DNA from: an uncultured bacterium
GTDB lineage: Bacteria; Patescibacteriota; Minisyncoccia; Phycocordibacterales; UBA9973
NCBI GenBank assembly: GCA_937895515.1
Contig: CALAYS010000157.1
Span: 12,462 to 76,461 of the forward strand
Direction of reading: 5' to 3'
DNA: 64,000 nucleotides
Shown here: in pieces, positions 37,087-48,624 of the stretch
Layout: every line of letters begins with the position of its first letter
How positions within the stretch are numbered: the first letter of the stretch is position 1
Translations under genes and position numbers: made by a program
Notes under the pieces: model-generated
The model's input: only the letters and a program-made list of their open reading frames with translations
What the model was told of the DNA's origin: nothing
Databases searched by the model: none

Positions 37087-38586
37087 ATGAATAACCACAT
37101 TGTAGAAAATTTAAAAAACCAAATTGAAGACTATAAAGCCGATTTTAAAATTGAAAAAATTGGTCATGTTGTCGAGGTTTTTGACGGTATTGTAAAAATA
37201 TCTGGATTATCTGATGTTAAAGCATCGGAAATGGTCTCGTTCCCAAATGGTGAAATTGGTGTGACTTTGAACCTGGACGAAGATTCTGTTGGGGTAATTG
37301 TTTTGGGTGATTTTTCTAAAATCCGTGAAGGTGATTTTGTGAACTCAACTGGTAAAATTTTGGAAGTTCCAGTAGGAGAAGCTGTAATTGGACGCGTAGT
37401 AAATGCACTAGGAGCACCAATTGATGGTAAAGGTCCTATTGCATCAAATACAAAATACCCAATCGAACGTGTGGCATCTGGTGTTGTAACACGTCAATCT
37501 GTAGACCAACCAGTACAAACTGGTATCAAAGCAATTGATGCATTAATTCCAATTGGTCGTGGTCAACGTGAACTTATCATTGGAGACCGTCAAACAGGTA
37601 AAACCGCTATTGCTATTGATGCAATTTTAAATCAAAAAGGCCAAAACATGAAATGTGTTTATGTTTCTATTGGCCAAAAAGATTCAAAGCTTCGTAAACT
37701 TCAAACTCGTCTTGAAGAAGGTGGAGCAATGGATTACACAGTGATAGTTTCTGCTGGTTCATCTGAATCGGCTGCTCTATCATATATCGCACCTTATACA
37801 GGAGTATCTATTGCAGAATACTTTATGGATAAAGGTGAAGATGTTTTAATAATTTATGATGATTTGTCTAAACACGCAGTAGCATACCGTGAAATATCAC
37901 TTCTTCTACGTCGTCCACCAGGCCGTGAAGCTTACCCTGGAGATGTGTTTTATTTACATTCAAGACTACTTGAAAGAGCTTGCCGAAAAAACAAAGAATA
38001 TGGCGGTGGTTCAATTACAGCTTTGCCTATTATTGAAACTCAAGCTGGAGACGTATCAGCATATATTCCAACAAACGTTATTTCAATTACCGACGGGCAA
38101 ATCTTCTTAGAAACAGATTTATTTTATAAAGGTATCCGCCCAGCAGTAAACGTAGGGTTGTCTGTTTCTCGTGTTGGGGGATCAGCTCAAATCAAAGGTA
38201 TGAAAAAAGTTGCAGGTACTCTTAAACTAGACCTTGCACAATTCCGTGAATTGGAAGCTTTTTCACAATTCGGATCAGATTTAGATGATGCAACAAAACG
38301 CCAACTAGAGCGTGGTAAAAGAGCCGTAGAACTGCTTAAACAACCTCAATATTCTCCAATTATTGTAGAAAAACAAATTGTCTCACTATATGCTCTTGTA
38401 AAAGGTATGATGGATAATGTACCGGTAGATCGTATTAAAGAATTTGAAGCTGGTTTATCTGATTATGTTGAAGCAAACGCAAAAACATTTATGAAAGAAA
38501 TTACAGATTCAAAAATGTGGACCGATGCCGGTGAAGCAGAATTAGTAAAATCAATTGAAGATTTTAAAGCAGGATTCTTAAAATAA
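37087..38586 (+). CDS. atpA: F0F1 ATP synthase subunit alpha
   Basis: [12 protein letters not shown]-loop; 499 aa. Confidence 0.98.
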   Translation: MNNHIVENLKNQIEDYKADFKIEKIGHVVEVFDGIVKISGLSDVKASEMVSFPNGEIGVTLNLDEDSVGVIVLGDFSKIREGDFVNSTGKILEVPVGEAVIGRVVNALGAPIDGKGPIASNTKYPIERVASGVVTRQSVDQPVQTGIKAIDALIPIGRGQRELIIGDRQTGKTAIAIDAILNQKGQNMKCVYVSIGQKDSKLRKLQTRLEEGGAMDYTVIVSAGSSESAALSYIAPYTGVSIAEYFMDKGEDVLIIYDDLSKHAVAYREISLLLRRPPGREAYPGDVFYLHSRLLERACRKNKEYGGGSITALPIIETQAGDVSAYIPTNVISITDGQIFLETDLFYKGIRPAVNVGLSVSRVGGSAQIKGMKKVAGTLKLDLAQFRELEAFSQFGSDLDDATKRQLERGKRAVELLKQPQYSPIIVEKQIVSLYALVKGMMDNVPVDRIKEFEAGLSDYVEANAKTFMKEITDSKMWTDAGEAELVKSIEDFKAGFLK

Positions 38587-38592
38587 AACTTT

Positions 38593-39780
38593 ATGGCTGG
38601 GACAAAAGAAATTAAAAGAAGAATAAAGTCTGTAAAGAACACAAAGAAAATCACGAAAGCGATGGAGCTTGTTGCTGCTAGTAAAATGAAAAGAGCAGTG
38701 GCTAGTACTTTATCTTCGCGATTATATGCACAATATTCTTGGGAGATTTTAAAATCAATAAGCCAAAATTCAGAACAAATCAGTCATCCGTTTTTTATAG
38801 GCTATGACCAAGAAAAAATTTTATTTGTATTAATTACTTCAAACCGTGGTTTGTGTGGGGGGTATAATTCGCAAGTTCTTAAAAAAACAATTTTAAAACT
38901 TAAAGAATTAAATTCTCTTGGTTCAGACGAGATTGATGTTGTTACTATTGGTAAAAAGGGTGGCATTGGAATGCGTAGAATTGGGCAAAATGTAATTGCT
39001 TCTTTTGATAATTTACCAGAACATATAGATTTAATGGATACGGTTCCAATTTCTAGATATATTGTTGACCAATACAAAACTGGTAATTACAAAAAAGTTT
39101 ATGTTGCTTATACTGACTTTATCTCAGCACTAAATCAAAAACCTAGTATTAAACAATTGTTACCAATATCAAAAAAAGATTTATTAGAAGCTATCGAATC
39201 AATAGGGGAAGATAAAATCCAAAAAGATTCAGATTCTAATGAAAAACCAGATTATCTATTTGAGGGAAATCAAGAATTATTAATAGATGCTTTGGGTGAA
39301 AAAATTTCTCGAATGCAAATATACCAAATGTTACTGGAATCAAATGCATCCGAACAATCGTCCCGTATGGTTGCCATGAAGAATGCATCCGAAGCTGCAG
39401 GGGAAATGATTGATGATTTAACACTGGTATTTAACAAAGCTCGTCAGGCAAATATCACTCAGGAAATATCAGAGATTAGTGCCGGAATGTCGAGCATGGT
39501 GGCTAAGTCAGATATTGTATTAAACAACTTGGAAGAACTAATAGACAAAGAGCACGGAATAATTCGACCTAAAATATATACAGCTAATAAAATTCCACAA
39601 GAGATCATTAAAGAAATTGAGCAAGAATTAAAAAATAAATACAAAGCCGAAGAAGTTATAATCACGGAAATAGAAGACCCAAATATCTTAGGTGGAATAA
39701 AAATCCAAATATCGAACGAAATAATTGACTTGAGTCTACAAAAAAGAGTCGCTCAATTAAAAAAACATTTACTTAATTAA
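38593..39780 (+). CDS. atpG: F0F1 ATP synthase subunit gamma fused to a delta-C-terminal-domain-like extension (395 aa)
   Basis: KRRIKSVKNTKKITKAMELVAASKM ... NKARQANITQEISEISAG is a full gamma. Residues 305-395 repeat the atpH C-terminal domain. Confidence 0.9.
   Translation: MAGTKEIKRRIKSVKNTKKITKAMELVAASKMKRAVASTLSSRLYAQYSWEILKSISQNSEQISHPFFIGYDQEKILFVLITSNRGLCGGYNSQVLKKTILKLKELNSLGSDEIDVVTIGKKGGIGMRRIGQNVIASFDNLPEHIDLMDTVPISRYIVDQYKTGNYKKVYVAYTDFISALNQKPSIKQLLPISKKDLLEAIESIGEDKIQKDSDSNEKPDYLFEGNQELLIDALGEKISRMQIYQMLLESNASEQSSRMVAMKNASEAAGEMIDDLTLVFNKARQANITQEISEISAGMSSMVAKSDIVLNNLEELIDKEHGIIRPKIYTANKIPQEIIKEIEQELKNKYKAEEVIITEIEDPNILGGIKIQISNEIIDLSLQKRVAQLKKHLLN
39505..39777 (+). repeat. 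delta C-terminal domain coding segment (copy 2, fused to atpG)
   Basis: See 36794..37066. Confidence 0.9.
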
Positions 39781-39787
39781 TAGATAG

Positions 39788-41149
<1,362 letters not shown>

Positions 41150-41171
41150 AATTTTTAAAAACTAATTCCTT

Positions 41172-41621
41172 ATGTCAAATAAAAAATTAAAACTAAAAAT
41201 AGTAACACCGGAAAAACTTATTCTAGAAGAAGAAGTTGATCAAGTTGTGATACCTACAACAGAAGGTGAAGTTACAATCTTACCTGAGCATATTGCTATT
41301 GTAGTAGGACTTGCATCAGGTGATGTTGTGGCATTTAAGGATGGTGAATTAATTCCAATGGCTGTAGTTGGGGGATTCTTAGAAGTAAGTAAAGACAGTC
41401 GTGGGTATACTACCGCTACTGTTTTAGCTGACTTTGCGGAACATGTTGGTAGTATTACAGATGATGAAATAGTTAAAGCCAAAGCCCGCGCCGAAGAACT
41501 TAACAAACTAGCTGAAAATAAAGAAATTGTAGACTTTGAACGATTTGCAACAGAACTAGAACGATCTCTAACCCGCGTAAAAATCGCTGATAAATGGAGA
41601 ACTAAAAAATATCGTAAATAA
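41172..41621 (+). CDS. atpC: F0F1 ATP synthase subunit epsilon
   Basis: LKIVTPEK...EGEVTILPEH beta-sandwich plus a C-terminal helical hairpin. Confidence 0.9.
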   Translation: MSNKKLKLKIVTPEKLILEEEVDQVVIPTTEGEVTILPEHIAIVVGLASGDVVAFKDGELIPMAVVGGFLEVSKDSRGYTTATVLADFAEHVGSITDDEIVKAKARAEELNKLAENKEIVDFERFATELERSLTRVKIADKWRTKKYRK

Positions 41622-41636
41622 TTTCACGTAAAAAAT

Positions 41637-41672
41637 AACCCCGTAAATCAATACGGGGTTTATTTATTTTTT
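41637..41672. terminator. atp operon terminator (bidirectional)
   Basis: AACCCCGTA-aatcaa-TACGGGGTT followed by a T-rich run; convergent gene downstream. Confidence 0.85.
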
Positions 41673-41687
41673 TGAGATTAATAATTT

Positions 41688-42317
41688 TTACAATAACAAA
41701 TCTCCAATCTCTTTCCAGCTTCTAATACGATTCTCTATTTCCAGATTTGAATCATGTAATCCTGTTGGGTCAAATAAGTAGGATGGTATAGCATCATGAA
41801 GTCGTAAGATTTCCTTAGGAGAATCATCAAAAAATCCAATTTTTTCTCCTTTGTGGTTAAGGATAAAATCTCTTTTTGAATTTTCTTTAAACTCTCCATT
41901 CCCAAGATGCTCCCAAACACAATGAATTTCTTCAATACAATCTGGTATAAATTTATCAATTAAATACTGTATTGAATTTATACTGGTTTTTTGTCTAGCG
42001 GTTACAGTCATAATTCTATATTTTTGACTCAACTCTTTCATAACCTCTGGCATATCTTCAAAAGGCTTTACTTCTTTATGCCAATCAATTGAAGTTAAGA
42101 AGTTTTTTGCAAGATCTTCATAAACATATGCTCTGGTTACTTTATCCTCGTGTGATAAGTATTGATTTATTAAATCTTCCAATTTATCACCATGAGAATA
42201 TTCTAACGTAATAATATTTATATTGTATTTCTGATTTATATAATCTCTGTGTGCTGGTAAAGTATTAAACTTAAAACCATCAAAATCACAAAACATAGCA
42301 GGTTTTTTATTATTCAT
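41688..42317 (-). CDS. HAD-superfamily hydrolase (nucleotidase-like)
   Basis: FCDFDGFKF (motif I) and GFFDDSP (motif IV). Confidence 0.55.
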   Translation of the reverse strand: MNNKKPAMFCDFDGFKFNTLPAHRDYINQKYNINIITLEYSHGDKLEDLINQYLSHEDKVTRAYVYEDLAKNFLTSIDWHKEVKPFEDMPEVMKELSQKYRIMTVTARQKTSINSIQYLIDKFIPDCIEEIHCVWEHLGNGEFKENSKRDFILNHKGEKIGFFDDSPKEILRLHDAIPSYLFDPTGLHDSNLEIENRIRSWKEIGDLLL

Positions 42318-42420
42318 TTTCCTTTTTTAATTAAAAACATATTATCATACTAATTAGTATTTTGTCAATAGTTTGAAAGTTTAATCTCTAAGTATATTTA
42401 TTGGTATTTTAATCATATTT

Positions 42421-42429
42421 TGTTATAGT
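42421..42429 (+). promoter_or_regulatory. extended -10 TGtTATAGT, 8 nt before the trhO ATG 42438
   Basis: Motif and spacing. Confidence 0.55.
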
Positions 42430-42437
42430 ATTTATAT

Positions 42438-43340
42438 ATGAAGGACGAATATACAATACTTTTATATTACAAATATGTAAGAATTAAAGACCCAGAATTG
42501 GAAAAGGTTAGGCAAATGGATGTTTGCCGAGCTCTTGGGCTTACAGGGCGGATTATAGTCGCTAATGAAGGCATAAATGGTACCATTGAAGGTAAAACCG
42601 AAGATACAGAAAAATACATCAAATGGATGGAAGAAGATAAAAAATTTAAAGGTATCGACTGGAAAAAGTCTGTTGGGCTAGGGGACTCTTTCCCAAGACT
42701 ATCGGTCAAAGTCCGCAAAGAAATTGTATCACTGCATTTAGTTGATGATAACTGGGACATTGATCCACAAAAAGTTACCGGTAAAAGACTAAAGGCTAAA
42801 GAGCTGGATAAAATGTACGAATCCGGCGAGGAATTCTACATTGTTGATATGCGTAATGATTACGAACTTGAAGTTGGTAAATTTACCAAAACTGTTTTCC
42901 CAGGGCTTAAGAATTTCCGTGATTTAAAAGACCGCGTTAAGGAAATAGAACATCTTAAAGATAAAAAAGTAGTCACAGTTTGTACTGGTGGAGTTAGATG
43001 TGAAAAAGCCAGTGGGTTTTTACTATCCCAAGGTTTCAAAGATGTAGCCCAATTGCATAATGGTATGGTTACATATATGAAAGAATTCCCAAATAAAGAA
43101 TTCAAAGGATCTTTATATGTTTTTGATAAAAGAAAAACCATAACTTTTGATGATAAAGACAAACATGTCATAATTGGTAAATGTCATTACTGCAAAAATC
43201 CTACAGAGAATTATTTTGATTGTACTTATCCATTTTGTCATCAGCAATTTTTAGGTTGCCCAGAATGTGTAGAAGAAAATAAAGGTTATTGTACTGAGAA
43301 TTGTAAATCATTAGATACAAAAAATTTAACTAACGCTTAA
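42438..43340 (+). CDS. trhO: rhodanese-domain tRNA U34 hydroxylase TrhO (YceA/UPF0176)
   Basis: ILLYYKY, GRIIVANEGINGT, CTGGVRCEKASGFL, C-terminal Cys cluster. Confidence 0.85.
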   Translation: MKDEYTILLYYKYVRIKDPELEKVRQMDVCRALGLTGRIIVANEGINGTIEGKTEDTEKYIKWMEEDKKFKGIDWKKSVGLGDSFPRLSVKVRKEIVSLHLVDDNWDIDPQKVTGKRLKAKELDKMYESGEEFYIVDMRNDYELEVGKFTKTVFPGLKNFRDLKDRVKEIEHLKDKKVVTVCTGGVRCEKASGFLLSQGFKDVAQLHNGMVTYMKEFPNKEFKGSLYVFDKRKTITFDDKDKHVIIGKCHYCKNPTENYFDCTYPFCHQQFLGCPECVEENKGYCTENCKSLDTKNLTNA

Positions 43341-43347
43341 AAATAAA

Positions 43348-44034
43348 ATGCATGATACTGGCACATTGTATATAGTTGCAACACCTATTGGTAACATGGG
43401 TGATATTACTTATCGTGCTATTGAAACACTAAAAAATGTATCATGTATTTACGCCGAAGATACCAGAGAATTTAATAAAATCGCCAAACGCTACGAAATA
43501 CCAACTAAAACTTATTCTTATAATTCTCATGCCAGCGATAAAACTCATAATAAAATAATTGAAACACTCACTGATGGGCAAGATATTGCTCTTGTTAGTG
43601 ACGCTGGTACCCCAGGGATATCTGACCCAGGTTCATTAATCATTAATTATATTAACAACAATCATCCTGAAATAAAGATTGTTCCAATTCCTGGGGCTAG
43701 TGCGGTAGTTAGTGCTGTATCAGTATCAGGAATATTTGGTAATCAATTTACATTTCTTGGTTTTATACCAAACAAAAAAGGCAGGGAAACATTTTTAAAA
43801 AATATATTAAATTCTGAAATTCCAACAATCTTTTATGAATCTTGCCATCGTGTAAAATCCGCACTAGAATGGTTTGACACAAATAGCCCCACAACAAAAA
43901 TAATGGTGGCGCGCGAATTAACAAAAATTTTTGAAACAATCAGAATCGCAACAGCAAAAGATCATTTAGAATTTATAGAACAAAACCCCAAAGAATTAAA
44001 AGGTGAATTTACATTAATAATATATCCTAATTAA
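43348..44034 (+). CDS. rsmI: 16S rRNA (cytidine1402-2'-O)-methyltransferase RsmI
   Basis: LYIVATPIGNMGDIT.RA...L......YAEDTR and SDAGTPGISDPG. Confidence 0.9.
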   Translation: MHDTGTLYIVATPIGNMGDITYRAIETLKNVSCIYAEDTREFNKIAKRYEIPTKTYSYNSHASDKTHNKIIETLTDGQDIALVSDAGTPGISDPGSLIINYINNNHPEIKIVPIPGASAVVSAVSVSGIFGNQFTFLGFIPNKKGRETFLKNILNSEIPTIFYESCHRVKSALEWFDTNSPTTKIMVARELTKIFETIRIATAKDHLEFIEQNPKELKGEFTLIIYPN

Positions 44035-44035
44035 C

Positions 44036-45208
44036 ATGAAAAAAATCCATTGGTTTATAACAATATTTGCTTTCCTTACATTGTTTACTATTATTTTAAA
44101 TGTTAACTATTTGTTAGTAAAAAAAATTCCAGTTTCTAATTATTGGTCATTTGAAAATGTAGGAATAAAAAAAGAAGCTGAATCTAGTTTAGTAAATACA
44201 GAAAAAGAAAAAATAAATCATGTAAAAAAACCAGACCATGTTAGGGGTATATACATGTCATCATGGGTTGCTGGTACACCGTCAGTACGTAATCGTTTAA
44301 CTAAACTAATTGATGAAACCGTTATTAACAGTGTGGTTATTGATTTTAAAGATTCAACCGGAATTATTTCTATCCCAGCGCAAGATGGTGCAAGTATAGA
44401 CCGAATCAATGCTCAGTCTAAACGCGCCATTGATTTAAAAGAATACATTGAAGAACTACATAAAAACAATGTTTATGTAATTGCTAGAATTGCAGTTTTT
44501 GAAGACCCTATATATGCTAAAAACCATCCTAATAGAGCAGTCCAGACAAGCTCTGGTGCACTATGGGCGGACCGACATGGTTTGTCTTGGGTGGACGCTA
44601 GTAGTACTGAATTTCATAAATATATTTTAGATATTTCGTATGAAGCATATGAACTAGGTTTTGATGAAATTAATTTAGATTATATAAGATTTCCAACCGA
44701 TGGTAGTCGTGACAAGGTTTACCCAATAAGTAAAGACAATTTAAAACAAGATGTGATTCAAAATTTTACTAAATTTATGCATACTAATTTAAGCTCTAAA
44801 AATATTCCGTTATCTATCGATGTTTTTGGGCAAATTTTGTCTGACCCTAACGATGTAAACATTGGGCAATTTTATGAATATTTGTTACCTAATGTTGATG
44901 CTATCTCACCAATGATTTATCCTTCACATTTTTATGCTGGTTATAAAGGACTTAAATCTCCAGAAGCTAATCCTTATAAGACAATTAAATTATCTCTCCA
45001 AGATGGATTAAATCGTCAAAAAGCTATAAATAATAATACAGAGATTCGTCCATGGCTCCAAGATTTTAGTATGAGTGTAAACTATGGTAAATCTGAAGTA
45101 GAAGCTCAAATCAAAGCCGCACATGATCTAGGTCTTGATTCATATTTGCTTTGGGACCCTAAGAATCGCTATACCAAAGAAGCATTACTTGAAACACCTA
45201 AAAACTAG
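44036..45208 (+). CDS. membrane-anchored putative glycoside hydrolase (DUF4015-like TIM barrel)
   Basis: N-terminal TM; VRGIYMSSW....VIDFKDSTG, INLDYIRFP. Confidence 0.55.
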   Translation: MKKIHWFITIFAFLTLFTIILNVNYLLVKKIPVSNYWSFENVGIKKEAESSLVNTEKEKINHVKKPDHVRGIYMSSWVAGTPSVRNRLTKLIDETVINSVVIDFKDSTGIISIPAQDGASIDRINAQSKRAIDLKEYIEELHKNNVYVIARIAVFEDPIYAKNHPNRAVQTSSGALWADRHGLSWVDASSTEFHKYILDISYEAYELGFDEINLDYIRFPTDGSRDKVYPISKDNLKQDVIQNFTKFMHTNLSSKNIPLSIDVFGQILSDPNDVNIGQFYEYLLPNVDAISPMIYPSHFYAGYKGLKSPEANPYKTIKLSLQDGLNRQKAINNNTEIRPWLQDFSMSVNYGKSEVEAQIKAAHDLGLDSYLLWDPKNRYTKEALLETPKN

Positions 45209-45225
45209 AAAACTAGTATAGCCTA

Positions 45226-45234
45226 TGGTATAAT
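45226..45234 (+). promoter_or_regulatory. extended -10 TGgTATAAT, 6 nt before ATG 45241
   Basis: Motif and spacing. Confidence 0.55.
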
Positions 45235-45240
45235 AAGACC

Positions 45241-45687
45241 ATGAAATCAAAACGAACTATATCTTATATTGGGCTTTGGGCACTTATTATGCCTTGGCTT
45301 GGTTTTTCTTGGGGAACAAAAACAGTTTTATTTTCTTTAACCGGTATTATTTTGTTAATCATTGGTAACCGTCAATATCATAACGAAAAAAAGAAAGAAA
45401 AGCATAACTCTACAAAAGAAGTCGAGACTTATCCTAATTTTACACCTGAAACAAAATTAGATTATACAGAGACTAAACCAATTATGGAACCTGTATACCA
45501 AAACAACCTAGAAGTTAGTAGCTTTAATTCAAAAACAAATGAAATAGAAAGTCTACCCAAAAATGAAAATATCGTTTCTCCAAAACCAAGAGTTCGAAGA
45601 AAAATAGAAATGGCACCTCGAGTAAAAAAAATAGCAATAAAATCAGAACCTTATTCAATAGAAAATTCAAATTATGACATTCAATAA
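45241..45687 (+). CDS. hypothetical membrane protein
   Basis: Two N-terminal TM helices followed by a hydrophilic tail. Leaderless-type promoter 6 nt upstream. Confidence 0.5.
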   Translation: MKSKRTISYIGLWALIMPWLGFSWGTKTVLFSLTGIILLIIGNRQYHNEKKKEKHNSTKEVETYPNFTPETKLDYTETKPIMEPVYQNNLEVSSFNSKTNEIESLPKNENIVSPKPRVRRKIEMAPRVKKIAIKSEPYSIENSNYDIQ

Positions 45688-46891
45688 AAAATATAAATAT
45701 TTAGTTTTTGTCGTAATTGTACTTGTTTTCAGTACAAGCTCTTTTGCTTTTGGAGCATATGCTGTACAAAAAAATATAATCAAATTTCCAGTCAAAATAA
45801 CAAAAACTGTAGAAGCAAAAACTTTAGCTGATACAAATACTGATTTATTCTTTACTGTCTGGAATACACTTAAATCAAAGTCTATCCATTATGATGAAAA
45901 AACTGACGCTGAGAGAATGTATGGCGCCATCCAAGGATTAACAGCATCATTGGGTGACCCTTATACTGAATTCATGCCACCTAATGAAACAAAACAATTC
46001 AATGATTCAATAAAAGGTAGTTTTGGTGGAATAGGTGCTGAAATAGGTAAACTTGATGATATTTTGACAGTTATATCTCCACTAAAAGGTTCACCTGCGG
46101 AAAAATCTGGGCTTAAATCAGGAGATAAAATATTTAAAATTGATGGGGTTATAGCATCAGACATGTCTATTGATCAAGCAATAGCTAAGATTCGTGGTAA
46201 AGCTGGTACTATTGTTAAACTTGAAATATACAGAAAAGGCGAGCCAGCTTCTAGAATTATTGAAATTACAAGAGACACAGTTGTAATTCCAACAATAGAA
46301 ACTGAAAATGTTAACGGGGTTTTTGTTATTCATATTTCAACTTTTGGAGAAAAAGCAATGTATGACTTTGCAAATGCTATAGAGGCATACAAAAAATCAG
46401 GTTCACAATATATGATTATTGATGTTCGTGGTAACCCAGGTGGCTATCTAGAAGCAGCGGTGGATATTTCTAGTTACTTTGTACCCAAAGGTAAAACAAT
46501 AGTTAGTGAAGATTTTGTTAAAGACAATAAAAAAGATATTCACACAAGTTACGGCTATAATGACTTAAATCCTAAACCAAAAGTTGTAGTCCTAATTGAT
46601 GGTGGCTCAGCATCAGCATCAGAGATTTTAGCCGGAGCCCTTCGTGATAATAAAATTGCTAAATTAATCGGTACAAAAACATTTGGTAAAGGTTCAGTTC
46701 AGGAATTATTACCAATGCAAGGCGGAACATCATTAAAAATAACAATTGCAAGATGGCTTACTCCAAATGGGGAAACTATCGACAAACAAGGAATTAAACC
46801 TGATATAGAAATTAAAAGAATCTACGACGAAAAAGATCCTAAGAAGGATAATCAGCTAGAAAAAGCAATAGAAGTAGTAAAAGGAAACTAA
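45674..46891 (+). CDS. S41 carboxy-terminal processing peptidase
   Basis: FGGIGAEIG, PDZ GSPAEKSGLKSGDKI, DVRGNPGGYL, GGSASASEILAGAL. Confidence 0.9.
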   Translation: MTFNKKYKYLVFVVIVLVFSTSSFAFGAYAVQKNIIKFPVKITKTVEAKTLADTNTDLFFTVWNTLKSKSIHYDEKTDAERMYGAIQGLTASLGDPYTEFMPPNETKQFNDSIKGSFGGIGAEIGKLDDILTVISPLKGSPAEKSGLKSGDKIFKIDGVIASDMSIDQAIAKIRGKAGTIVKLEIYRKGEPASRIIEITRDTVVIPTIETENVNGVFVIHISTFGEKAMYDFANAIEAYKKSGSQYMIIDVRGNPGGYLEAAVDISSYFVPKGKTIVSEDFVKDNKKDIHTSYGYNDLNPKPKVVVLIDGGSASASEILAGALRDNKIAKLIGTKTFGKGSVQELLPMQGGTSLKITIARWLTPNGETIDKQGIKPDIEIKRIYDEKDPKKDNQLEKAIEVVKGN

Positions 46892-46893
46892 AT

Positions 46894-47334
46894 ATGAAAA
46901 TTATTTTTTTAAAAGATGTACCAAAGTTAGGTAAAAAAGACGACGTAAAAGAAATGAATGATGGATATGTACGAAATTTTTTACTTCCAGGTAAATTAGT
47001 AGAAGTTGCAACACCAGCAGCATTAGCTAAACTAAATGAACGCAAAGCCATTCGTGATACAGAAAATGCATTTTATTTAGCTAAAATGGAAACAATAGCC
47101 AAAGCAATAGAAGACAAAACAATTGAAATTACTGCATTAGCAAATGAAAAAGATATTTTATTTAAAGCAATTACCGCAAAAGATGTAACTCCGCTTTTTG
47201 CAAAAGTATCAAATGTAGAAGTTAAAGAAGAATTTTTCCCAAATGTTCATATCAAAACAGTAGGGGAACATCTACTAGCTGCTCATATTGGAAATAAAAT
47301 TGTTAAATGTAATTTAATAATCAAAGCAAAATAA
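46894..47334 (+). CDS. rplI: 50S ribosomal protein L9
   Basis: MKIIFLKDVPKLGKKDDVKEMNDGYVRNFLLP. Confidence 0.9.
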   Translation: MKIIFLKDVPKLGKKDDVKEMNDGYVRNFLLPGKLVEVATPAALAKLNERKAIRDTENAFYLAKMETIAKAIEDKTIEITALANEKDILFKAITAKDVTPLFAKVSNVEVKEEFFPNVHIKTVGEHLLAAHIGNKIVKCNLIIKAK

Positions 47335-47360
47335 AAACCACAATTGTGGTTTTTATTTTT
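47333..47360. terminator. bidirectional terminator
   Basis: AAAAACCACAATTGTGGTTTTT palindrome between rplI and the convergent phosphoesterase gene. Confidence 0.75.
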
Positions 47361-48468
47361 ATTCAAAAGTAATAACTATAATTTCAGGCTTTGTGCCGAT
47401 TCTCATTGGTGGACCCCATGTACCAATCCCGGTTGAAGTAATACTAGCAGTGTTGTTTTTAACAACTAAATTATGAGTATATTCTTTAAATATCCTATAA
47501 GCCGGTATTGTAATTGGCCAAATTTGACCACCATGAGTATGCCCAGAAACAGATAAATCTACACCAAAAGACTGCAAAGCTTGATTATTTTTAGGCTCAT
47601 GGATTATCAAAATTGTAGGTTTGTCTTTATTAAACCCGACCTTGTAAAGTCTATTTTGAAGACCTTCGACTGTTTCGCCGGCATCATACATTAGACCAAT
47701 TAACTCGGTATTATTAACTACTATTTTTTGATCTCGAAGACCAGTAACATATTTGTCTGTGAAATCATATAATTCTTTTTGATTACTAGAATAAATTTCA
47801 TGGTTACCAGGTGAATAATATACACCAATAGAAGCTTTTAAATTCTTAAGAGGTTCTAAATTTTTCTGAATATCAAACTTGGGCCCATCTATCAAATCTC
47901 CAGCAATAAGAACAACATCAGGATTTTGTTTATTAATTAAATTAACAACCCGGTTTAAAAAAGCTTTTTTATTAATTACTCCAATATGAGTATCAGATAC
48001 TAAAACTATTTTTTTACCAGACCAATCACGAGATAATCTATTTTCTTTAGGAATGGTTATATTATTAATAGTAAACTTTTTAGCGTTAATAACCCCGTAA
48101 ATACTAGTAACAAATGTTATAGCTAAAATACTGTATGTTAATATTTTGTAAAATAAAATATTCGCAGGTACAGGAATAAAGATACTAAAGATTGTTAAAA
48201 CAACAGCACCTAAAAATAGATACAAAAGTACTGGTAAAAACAAACATGATACCAAATACAAAAAATCATTAATTACACTATGGATTTTTGTACCAATAAC
48301 ACTTGTGGCTATAAAAAGTATTGGAATAGCTATTAAAACAATTAGCATTACCAAATTGCCAGTTTTGCCGAATACATTTACAAAACGAAATGCTTTATAA
48401 ATGCTATAAGAACCTAAAAACAAAACCCCCAAAAATGAGGTAAAAAATATTATATATCGTAATGCCAT
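47359..48468 (-). CDS. membrane-bound metallophosphoesterase
   Basis: N-terminal TM bundle; VSDTHIG, GDLIDG, GNHE, GHTHGGQ. Confidence 0.85.
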   Translation of the reverse strand: MALRYIIFFTSFLGVLFLGSYSIYKAFRFVNVFGKTGNLVMLIVLIAIPILFIATSVIGTKIHSVINDFLYLVSCLFLPVLLYLFLGAVVLTIFSIFIPVPANILFYKILTYSILAITFVTSIYGVINAKKFTINNITIPKENRLSRDWSGKKIVLVSDTHIGVINKKAFLNRVVNLINKQNPDVVLIAGDLIDGPKFDIQKNLEPLKNLKASIGVYYSPGNHEIYSSNQKELYDFTDKYVTGLRDQKIVVNNTELIGLMYDAGETVEGLQNRLYKVGFNKDKPTILIIHEPKNNQALQSFGVDLSVSGHTHGGQIWPITIPAYRIFKEYTHNLVVKNNTASITSTGIGTWGPPMRIGTKPEIIVITFE

Positions 48469-48475
48469 ATAAAAT

Positions 48476-48484
48476 AGTATAACA
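48476..48484 (-). promoter_or_regulatory. extended -10 TGtTATACT, 7 nt before ATG 48468
   Basis: Motif and spacing. Confidence 0.55.
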
Positions 48485-48510
48485 CAACAAAGCTAAAATT
48501 TTATAGTAAT

Positions 48511-48592
48511 AAAAAATCCCCCTCAACCATGACATATTTAAGTCTTTCAGTTAAAAGGGGGAGGGGCGGGTATGCATGTCGGACTACATACC
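48511..48592 (-). terminator. two GC-rich hairpins downstream of 48625..48987, the second followed by a T-run
   Basis: GGGTATG-12 nt-CATACCC (48567..48592), then TCCCCCT-31 nt-AGGGGGA (48517..48561) followed by TTTTTT on the minus strand. Confidence 0.4.
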
Positions 48593-48624
48593 CAATATTA
48601 TATTATGCGGTGAAATGTGGAAGG

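Noticed and set aside
48511-48592. GC-rich island (AAGGGGGAGGGGCGGG plus two hairpins) as a possible small RNA gene.
   Set aside because: Its orientation and the trailing T-run fit a compound terminator for the upstream minus-strand gene. I recognised no promoter or conserved RNA family. It is kept as a low-confidence terminator.
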